A DNA stretch of 64,000 nucleotides, from NCBI GenBank assembly GCA_018669005.1, contig JABJAL010000020.1, forward strand, positions 3,117-67,116, written 5' to 3'. Made by a program: the position numbers and the translations under genes. The stretch is from Nitrospinaceae bacterium (GTDB lineage: Bacteria; UBA8248). The notes beneath the pieces are model-generated. The model did not search any database. It was not told the DNA's origin and worked only from the letters and a program-made list of their open reading frames with translations. Every line of letters starts with the position of its first letter. Within the stretch, counting starts at the first letter, position 1. This document shows positions 8,641 to 16,800 of this stretch, piece after piece.

Positions 8641-10011
8641 ATGCCAAAACCGACCGCCCCATCGAGCCTCGAGAACAGTTACATCGAGGCGCTTCCCGCC
8701 TCCCAGGCGCTATTTGAACGCGCACAAAAGATATTCCCGGACGGCGTCACCCACGACAGCCGGCGAATGAAACCCTTTCCAATCTATGTCGAGCGGGCCG
8801 AGGGGGCCCTCAAGTGGGATGCCGACGGCAACCGCTACATAGATTATTGGATGGGCCACGGAGCGTTGCTGTTCGGCCAGAATCCGCCGCATGTTCGGGA
8901 CGCCGTACGCGATCAGGCCATGCGGGGCACCCACTACGGCGCCTGCCATGAAAAAGAGGTCGAGTGGGGCGAGTGGGTCTGCCGGTTGGTTCCCTGCGCC
9001 GAGCGGGTGCGCTTCACGGCCTCGGGCACCGAGGCCACCCACATGGCGCTGCGCCTCGCGCGAGCCTTCACCGGAAAATCGCGAGCCGTGAAATTCGCGG
9101 GCCACTTTCACGGCTGGCACGAGGGCCTTGAGATCGGGGTGCGCGCGCCCTACACGGCAGAGCCCGAGGCGGGCCAACTCTCAGGGGTGGTGGACGAGGT
9201 TACGGTATGTCCGCTGGACGATATCGGGGCCGTGCGCGGGGCCCTGTCGGGCAATGACGTTGCCGCTGTCATTCTAGAGCCCACGGGGCCGCATTTTGGG
9301 ACGGTGCCGGTTTCAAAAGAATACCTAGAGGCGCTTCGAGAGGAGACGACGAAAGCCGGGGCGGTTTTGATCTTCGATGAGGTGGTCACGGGCTTCCGAG
9401 TCGCCCCCGGCGGGGCGCAGGAATTTTATGGCGTCGTGCCCGACCTTTCGAGCTTTGCGAAAATTCTCGCGGGGGGACTTCCCGGCGGCTGCGTCGCAGG
9501 CCGGGCGGATATCATGCGCCACCTCGAAACAAAAGAAACACCTGAGGAGACGCACGCGACGAAAATCCCCCACCACGGCACTTTTAACGCCAATCCCCTC
9601 TCGGCCGCCGCCGGTGTGGCCATGCTCGCATCCATCGCCGATGGCTCGGCAATTCGCACCGCCAACGAGGCCGCCGCCGCCCTGCGGCGCGGGATGAACG
9701 AAATTCTCGCGCAGGAAAAAATCGCCTGGAAGGTGTACGGGGAGCACAGCGACTGGAAATTTTTCTTTGGCGCCGACGCGCCGCCCAAGGGCGGGGATGA
9801 TCAGTCCGTCGCCGATGTTCCCTGGGAAAAACTAAACGCCAAGTTCCCCGAGAAAAGCCGCACGCTCCGACAGGCCTTCATCCTTCACGGGATCGATTTT
9901 AATGGCGACCGCGCCCTCACCGGCACCGTCCACACACAGGGCATCGTCGAGGAGACGCTGGCCTGTTTTGCCGAGTCAGCGCGAATGCTGAAAAAGGAAG
10001 GTCTTGCTTAA
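8641..10011 (+). CDS. Class III aminotransferase, glutamate-1-semialdehyde 2,1-aminomutase-like
   Basis: The motifs DGNRYIDYWMGHG, FTASGTEA and IFDEVVTGFR are typical of the GSA-aminomutase/ornithine aminotransferase family. It is paralogous to 19840..21192. Confidence 0.8.
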   Translation: MPKPTAPSSLENSYIEALPASQALFERAQKIFPDGVTHDSRRMKPFPIYVERAEGALKWDADGNRYIDYWMGHGALLFGQNPPHVRDAVRDQAMRGTHYGACHEKEVEWGEWVCRLVPCAERVRFTASGTEATHMALRLARAFTGKSRAVKFAGHFHGWHEGLEIGVRAPYTAEPEAGQLSGVVDEVTVCPLDDIGAVRGALSGNDVAAVILEPTGPHFGTVPVSKEYLEALREETTKAGAVLIFDEVVTGFRVAPGGAQEFYGVVPDLSSFAKILAGGLPGGCVAGRADIMRHLETKETPEETHATKIPHHGTFNANPLSAAAGVAMLASIADGSAIRTANEAAAALRRGMNEILAQEKIAWKVYGEHSDWKFFFGADAPPKGGDDQSVADVPWEKLNAKFPEKSRTLRQAFILHGIDFNGDRALTGTVHTQGIVEETLACFAESARMLKKEGLA

Positions 10012-10785
10012 GTGAGCCCAATTCCTGAAAACTTTAAAAAGCTACATCAAGGGGAGGAATTTCTTAGAACGAAGACCTATGAAGCGATTGAAGCAGACGA
10101 AGACTTATCAAGACATGTAGCTGTCACTGAAAGAATCATGGATTTCTTAAACGTTTTATCGGCAAAACCTCCTTCCAAAGAAGATGAAGATACAAAGGCC
10201 GTCCGACTTCTCGGAATGCGTTTGTTTAACGGCTGCGCGGCTGCACTTCAACTCATCGTAACCGGCTACTACCAAAACGCAGCGATGATAATGCGGGATC
10301 TACTTGAGACAGTATTCTTACTGGGATTTTTGGGCCTTGACCGCACTAAAATTTCGGAATGGCGAACTGCTGACGATGCCACCCGAAAAAAAGTATTTGC
10401 TCCAATTAAAATTCGCACTGCACTCGATGAAAATGACGGCTTTACTGGAAAAAAACGCGCCGAAGCCTACAATATCCTTAGCGAACTCGCCTCTCATCCG
10501 ACTTACAAAGGATTTCGGATGCTTGCTCCTAAGGGATCGGAGCATCACTGTGGGCCGTTCTTCGATTTTTCCGTTTTAAAACCCCTGATCGAGCAATTGG
10601 CGAGCCTAGCCGTTCAGGCCGGGGCAAATATCAATCCTTTAATTGAGGATGAGACGAAAGAAATCGCGATGGCTAGCGTCGATTGCATAGAAGTCTCCGG
10701 GGAATGGTTCGAGCGCTACTTTGAGGTTCCTTTCGACCGAAAAAAAATTAAGGAAATGAAGGCACTGCTTAATCAGCGGGAATAA
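10012..10785 (+). CDS. Hypothetical protein, low-GC orphan gene
   Basis: 257 aa with no recognisable motif. The GTG start overlaps the stop of the upstream aminotransferase (TAAGTGAGC). GC is ~45 % against ~65 % for both neighbours. Confidence 0.5.
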   Translation: MSPIPENFKKLHQGEEFLRTKTYEAIEADEDLSRHVAVTERIMDFLNVLSAKPPSKEDEDTKAVRLLGMRLFNGCAAALQLIVTGYYQNAAMIMRDLLETVFLLGFLGLDRTKISEWRTADDATRKKVFAPIKIRTALDENDGFTGKKRAEAYNILSELASHPTYKGFRMLAPKGSEHHCGPFFDFSVLKPLIEQLASLAVQAGANINPLIEDETKEIAMASVDCIEVSGEWFERYFEVPFDRKKIKEMKALLNQRE

Positions 10786-10803
10786 AGGCACACAAATAAA
10801 ACC

Positions 10804-12051
10804 CTACTTCTTCCCGGCCATCCAGCTGTTGCGCGCTTCCATGAAGGCATCAACATTCGCGGGGATGCGCCCAAGTTCACCAAGCGCCTCGCCCGTCACC
10901 TCGGGGGCGTTCTTACCGGTGCCGGTGCCGATGCAGACTACGGTTTCATCGCGCTCGACCTTGGTTTTTCGCGCGCCTGAAAAAAGACTCGCCACACCTG
11001 CGGCAGACGCAGGCTGGAGGAAAAGACCTTCCTTTGCGCCAATCATGAACTCGGCCTGGAGGTTCATCTCGTCGGTCACCTCGACACCCTCGCCCTCGCT
11101 CTTTCTCACGATGTCCGCCACCCGGTCGCCACAAGCGGGCGCAGGGCTGGTGAGGCCGGCGGATTTCGTCGTGGGCGGCCCCCAGGGCTCGACCTTGCCG
11201 CCCGACTCCAATGCCCGGAGGATGGGCGCGCAGCCGTCGGTCTGCACGATGTCGATGCGCGGCATCCGATCGATCCAGCCAAGCTCGAAGATTTCTTTAA
11301 AGCCCTGCTCCATGGCGAGGGTCATCGTGCCGCCCGCCGTGGGGCAAATGACCCTATCAGGGGCCTGCCAGCCGAGCGCCTCGGCAATCTCAAACGCCGC
11401 CGTTTTTTTGCCTTCAACCCGGTAGAGATTTCGGGGCAGTGTGGCGTGAAGCGCACCCAATTCTTTTGAGGCCTCCTCGGCCAGCCGCGCGCCGTCCCTC
11501 ATATCGCCCTCGGCGATGAGTGTGAGCGAGCCATAGGCCCCCACCTGAACGCAGTGGACCATCGAGCTGTCGTCGCGCACGAGGCCGATGTACTCAAGCC
11601 CCCCCTTGGCACAATAGGCGGCAAAACACGCCGCCGCATTGCCCGATGAGGCGAGAATAATCTGCTCCACCCCCACCTCACGGCATTTACTGATCGTCAC
11701 CGAGCCGCCCCGGTCCTTGAACGAGCCTGTCGGGTTGCGGGATTCATCGAGAATGAATAGGCGATCGAGACCCAGCTCGGCCCCTAACCGCTCGGCATGG
11801 AGCAGCGGGGTATCTCCCTCGTGGAGCGAGACCACATTCTTCGGATCGCGCACCGGCAGAAGCTCGGACCAGCGCCAAATTCCCTTCGGGCGGCGGGCCA
11901 CCTCGTCGCGATCCACATTGGCGCCAATCCATTGGAGGTCATAGAGACCCTGAAGGGCTCCGCCCGTCTCGGGGCAGGTGAAGGGGTGCTCCAGGTCGTC
12001 CACCAGTTTTCCGGTCTCAAGGCTCTTATGCCCTTTTAGCGCGCTGAACAA
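10804..12051 (-). CDS. Threonine-synthase-like fold-type II PLP enzyme
   Basis: The PLP-lysine motif is SFKDRG, followed by glycine-rich loops typical of the TrpB/ThrC superfamily. Confidence 0.75.
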   Translation of the reverse strand: MFSALKGHKSLETGKLVDDLEHPFTCPETGGALQGLYDLQWIGANVDRDEVARRPKGIWRWSELLPVRDPKNVVSLHEGDTPLLHAERLGAELGLDRLFILDESRNPTGSFKDRGGSVTISKCREVGVEQIILASSGNAAACFAAYCAKGGLEYIGLVRDDSSMVHCVQVGAYGSLTLIAEGDMRDGARLAEEASKELGALHATLPRNLYRVEGKKTAAFEIAEALGWQAPDRVICPTAGGTMTLAMEQGFKEIFELGWIDRMPRIDIVQTDGCAPILRALESGGKVEPWGPPTTKSAGLTSPAPACGDRVADIVRKSEGEGVEVTDEMNLQAEFMIGAKEGLFLQPASAAGVASLFSGARKTKVERDETVVCIGTGTGKNAPEVTGEALGELGRIPANVDAFMEARNSWMAGKK

Positions 12052-12117
12052 TTTTTTTCTCTCTTTCGGGTTTTAAGTTTCGAACTAAAGATTTCAGGAT
12101 AGGGGTTACTAAAACTG

Positions 12118-13080
12118 CTACACATCTTCTGTAACAACGTTCTGGGGCGCACCTTTGAGGAACGCCTCGATATTGTCTACCGGCAAGGAAATAAACCGAC
12201 CCACCGTGCCATCGGTGTTCCAGGCCGAATGAGGCGAGAGCACGACGTTATCGAGTGAGCGCCAGGGCGAGTCTACGGGGAGCGGCTCGTCGGGCTCGAA
12301 TACATCGACGCCTGCGCCAGCAATTTTATTTTCGCGCAACGCCTCGATCAGCGCCCCCTCGTCCACCAGTGCCGCACGCGAGGTGTTGATGAAATAGGCA
12401 TGCGACTTCATCTTCGCTATCGCCTCGCGCGAAATGATTCCCCGCGTACCATCGTTGACATGGAGGTGGGCGGAAACAAAATCCGCAGCAAGACATTCAT
12501 CGAAGCTCACCGACTCGGCTCCCCACTCAGCGGCCCGCTCAGGGGTCATTGAGCGCGACCAGACGATAGGCCGCATTCCCAGCCCTGCCGCCTTGCGGCT
12601 CACCTTGGTGCCAATGTGGCCAAAGCCCAGGAGCCCTATCGTCTTGCCCTCAATCTCGGTGCCGTCGGCGCGGGGCCACTCGCCTGCCCGCATGCCGGGC
12701 ATGAGAACCGGCAGGCGCTTGGCCAGCGCGAGGACCATCATGATCGTGTGCTCGGCAATAGATACGCTACTTGCACCGGGGACACACGAGACGGTAACGC
12801 CTTTTGCATTGGCCACCTTCATGTTGACCTGCCTGGGCCTGGTGCCCATGACAGCAATCATCTTGAGGTCCGGCATGTGCTCAAGAAGATCTGTGGTTTT
12901 AAAATCAGTCTGATAGCGCGTGGTGATGATAATTTCGGCATCGCCCAGGCGCTCAAGCAAGGCTTCTCTATCCGGCGCGTTGTCCTCGTAGTGGCGCACA
13001 TCACCCAAGCCTTTAAGTCTTTCGAGCTGTGCAGTGCCGGTGAAGAGACTAAAATTGTCGTCTGGGATTACAATTCTCAT
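12118..13080 (-). CDS. D-isomer-specific 2-hydroxyacid dehydrogenase (phosphoglycerate-dehydrogenase-like)
   Basis: The NAD-binding motif is GLLGFGHIGTKV and the catalytic region is R/E/H (SPHSAW). Confidence 0.8.
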   Translation of the reverse strand: MRIVIPDDNFSLFTGTAQLERLKGLGDVRHYEDNAPDREALLERLGDAEIIITTRYQTDFKTTDLLEHMPDLKMIAVMGTRPRQVNMKVANAKGVTVSCVPGASSVSIAEHTIMMVLALAKRLPVLMPGMRAGEWPRADGTEIEGKTIGLLGFGHIGTKVSRKAAGLGMRPIVWSRSMTPERAAEWGAESVSFDECLAADFVSAHLHVNDGTRGIISREAIAKMKSHAYFINTSRAALVDEGALIEALRENKIAGAGVDVFEPDEPLPVDSPWRSLDNVVLSPHSAWNTDGTVGRFISLPVDNIEAFLKGAPQNVVTEDV

Positions 13081-13091
13081 GGGATAAAGTT

Positions 13092-13481
13092 CTACCTCTC
13101 ACTGTCGCGAACGGAAATGACAGACTCGGGCTCAATGGCGAGCCGCACCTTTGAGCCGGCCGTGAAGTAGTTGGCGGGATCGCCCCCGACGCGAAGCTCC
13201 TCATCAAGACCCGGCACTTTCACCAGATAGTCCGCCACGCTCCCGAGGAAGTAGGCGCGCGAAACATCACCGGCAATGATCTGAAGCACGTCATTAATGA
13301 AGATCATCGGCGGGGCAATGGGCCCGCCAAACGTGGAATCCGACTCATACCAATCTCGACTGGCCTCGACCCCCTCGAGGTGGGCCGCCACCATTTCGGG
13401 CAAGACGGTAATATCTCGCTCGCCCGCGACCATACCCACCTTGATGCTCTCCCACTTGAATTCCGGTTTTTCACTGGCCAT
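13092..13481 (-). CDS. Hypothetical protein (129 aa)
   Basis: An ORF with good coding GC, co-directional and tightly spaced with the dehydrogenase. No confident family assignment. Confidence 0.4.
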   Translation of the reverse strand: MASEKPEFKWESIKVGMVAGERDITVLPEMVAAHLEGVEASRDWYESDSTFGGPIAPPMIFINDVLQIIAGDVSRAYFLGSVADYLVKVPGLDEELRVGGDPANYFTAGSKVRLAIEPESVISVRDSER

Positions 13482-13499
13482 ATGGGTATCTTCTCATAG

Positions 13500-13895
13500 A
13501 TTAAATCTCCTTCCATTTACAAACAGCCGCCTATGCCCAGATATTTAACAAATCCTTAGATTCAAATGATACCTTTCCTCGAAAGTTCGAAAAGAATTTA
13601 TAATGATAATTAACAAGAAACCAAACAAAAATATTAAATATATTTTTATCTTAATTTCAAATCTCACCCGCTTTCATTATTTTAATTTTTTGTGATTTCG
13701 ATCTCTTGATACTCCTCTTCTAAGTCGTTAAAGTTTCAAGGGAAAACTTAGCTATTTAAAGTATTTAAGTAAAAATGACGAAACATTATAGAGAATTTAA
13801 TTTCAATTCTAATATATTCATTAGGGTACATTATTGGGATAACCCATTAATACATACCTCGCCATGATGTGGGGCCTCACCTGAGATAGAGAGGA
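13500..13895. promoter_or_regulatory. ~400-bp AT-rich (approx. 28 % GC) upstream region of the giant repeat-protein gene
   Basis: There is a sharp compositional drop relative to flanking genes and no ORF. It is likely a promoter/UP-element or xenogeneic-silencing target region. Confidence 0.5.
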
Positions 13896-16800
13896 ATGCA
13901 TAGCCGCCGAATCACAAGAAAACTCACAGGTTTTTTAGTATGTAGCATTTTGGCGCTTGGTGTATCGAATGCCAACGCGGCCAACAATGCTGCGGACTTA
14001 GCGATGGAGCTGGCCAAGGCGCTCAAAGTGTCGGCGGCCAATGCCCCAGCTGCGCTTAAAGCACTACAGGGACGAGGCATCATACCTGTCGAGGTTTTTT
14101 CAGGCGATCCGGTTACCTCCAACGTGGCGCAGACAATCGCCACTGGTCTAATTAAATCAGGCATCAAACCCCCGGAGGCGGCAAAAACGCTAGCCGCCGC
14201 CGCCGCTGCCGCATCAGTCCCCCTCCAGGATGCGGTGCAGGGTGCCGTCAAGGCCGCCATTGCTGCGGGGGCCGATGTCGCCGCCGTGACAAAGGCTGCC
14301 TCCGAGGGTGCCGTCAAGGGCTCAACGGCCCAGGTCTCAGGCCCTATGACCAAGGGCAGATATATCAAACGAAACTTTCTCAACAAGGACACGCGCTCTG
14401 ACGCCGCCGCCGCCTACGTTCCCAAGGGCAAGGCAAATTTTGAAGCTGTGGTGGCGGAAATTGCAGCCAAGGGAGAGAATAGCTTTGCTGGCAGCAAGGC
14501 CTCAGATCCCCTCACACGCGCCGACTTCCTGACCTTGAGATACCTTCAGGTAGGCGGCAAACCGGGCGCGGTCATCGGCGATAAAAAACGCCTCCTCAAG
14601 AAAAAAGGACTCATCGCCTCCGAGGACATCGGACAGGTCAAATCATTCCAGGGCGATGCTACCCTCACGCACCCCGGCTCAGAAAAATCAATCAAGATCA
14701 CGGGCAACGAGGCGATTCTCTATAAGGATGTAGGAGAAACTGAGCTCGACGCACGAATCGAACTGCTCTTCGACGATGGCAGCACACTCACCATCAGTGA
14801 GGACACAGCGCTCACCATCGACGAAATGATCTACAATCCGAAGACCAAATACCGCTCGATCAAGCTGCGAGTGAAGTCGGGAACAATTCACGTTAAGACG
14901 GCGAAGAACAGCAACCCGAAATCGAAATTCTCAATTGTCACACCGACCGTCGTTGCCGGACTCCGGGGAACAGACGTTTACATGAACGTCACCCCCACCG
15001 GCGCATCACGGGTCACTTCGAACACAGGCGCGAACGCGGGTAACGTTGTCATGCGAGCCGCCACCGTTTCCGACCGACCGCCACCAGCGACGACGCCAAC
15101 CCCTGGCACACCCCCGCTTGCAGCCACCCCGGCCCAGGCGCCGCCAGGGGTCACGGTCACCCCCGGCAACGGCTCCAGCGCCGCACCCGGCGCGACAACC
15201 GCCTCGCCCCCCGCGCCGCCCACCCCGGCGCAGAATCAGGCCGACGCCGCCGCGACAACCATTACAAATCCCGGCACGCCTCAGGCCGTATCGGTGGCAG
15301 GTGATGCCGCCGGGTCTGCTGCGCTAGCCGCAGCGAGCGGTGCCGTGCAGGCCGCCCAGGCGGCAGGCGTGAACGTTGGTCCTGTCGCTAATGCCGCTGC
15401 CCAAGGTGCGATGACAGGCGCGCAAGCCGCTGGCGCGGGTGGTGCCGCCGGTATCATCGCCAACGCATCCGCGAACGGCGCGGTCTCCGGCGCGCAAGTC
15501 TCAGGCGCCAACGTGGCAGCCGCCGCTAACGCCTCATCTCAAGGCTCGATTCAGGGCGCCCAAGCAGTAGGTGCGAACGCCAACGCCGCAGCCGCGGGCG
15601 CAAGCAACGGGGCCGTCCTCGGCGCACAGTCCTCCGGCGCCAACATGGCCGCCGTCGCCAACGCTTCCGCGCAGGGCGCGATGCAGGCGGCGCAATCCTC
15701 GGGCGCGAATTTGGCCGCCATCGCCAATGCCTCCGCGCAGGGCGCGATGCAGGGCGCCGAGGTCTCGGGCGCCAACGCAAGTGCCGTCGCGAATGCTGCG
15801 GCCCAGGGCTCGATGCAGGCCGCCGTCGCAGGTGGCTCGAACGTGGCAGCCATCGCCAACGCTACGGCGCAGGGCGTCGTTGCAGCGGCACAGGCCATGG
15901 GCGGCAACGCCGGAGCCATGTCACAAGCCGCATCAAGCGGCGCCATCGCGGCTGCCCAGGCAGCAGGCGCAAATGTAACCGTAATCGCCACCGCCGTCGC
16001 TTCAGGCGCCGTGGCATCCGCACAATTAAATAACGCCAACGTCGGGGCGATCGCCCAGGCGGCATCGTCAGGCGCGATGCAGGCCGCCTCACAGTTCGCT
16101 CCAGGCGCTCCTGGTGCCCCCGCGGGTGCGGCTAGCTTCGCGAGTGCTATCGCGAATGCGATGGCACAGGGTGCAATGGCCGGAGCGCAGGCAGGGGGCG
16201 CCAACATCGGCGCCGTCGCGCATGGAACCTCCGCCGGCAGCATCGCTGGTGCCCAAGCGGGCGGCATGGACGTTGGCAGCATCGCCCAGGCGATGTCCCA
16301 GGGCCTGACCCAGGGGGCCGGCGCGGCTAACGCTGGCGTCGTGGCTCAGGCCGCATTGACGGGGGCCGTGCAGGCCGCCGCCGCATCCGGCGCGAACGTG
16401 AACGCAATCGCCGCAGCGACATCGACCGGCTCCGTTCAGGCCGCCGCCGCTGCGGGAATCAACATTTCGGTAATAGTTCAGGCGTCATCGGCGGGCGTGG
16501 TATCGGGTGCCGCCTCCATCCAGCAGGCGCAGGCCCAGGGTCAGTCCCTTGCCGGGCTGTTTAGCGGCTCCACCGGAGCGGCTGGCGAACTCGGTGCCTC
16601 CGGTGCCCCCAATGTACCCGGTGCCCCCGGCGTACCCGGCGGACCGGGCGGTCCTCCCACGGCATTTACAATCAACACCACCGCCATCGCACAAGCAGCG
16701 ACTGGCGCAATGGTCCAGGCAATGATGCAGGCAGGACCAGGAGGTCCTGGTGGTCAAGGTGGACCAACGAATATAGCCGCTATCGTTCAAGCCGCCGCAC

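Noticed and set aside
15300-16530. Possible CRISPR array, because of the regular ~66-bp periodicity
   Set aside because: The repeats are degenerate, lie in frame inside a long ORF and have no unique spacers or leader. It is a coding tandem repeat, not a CRISPR.
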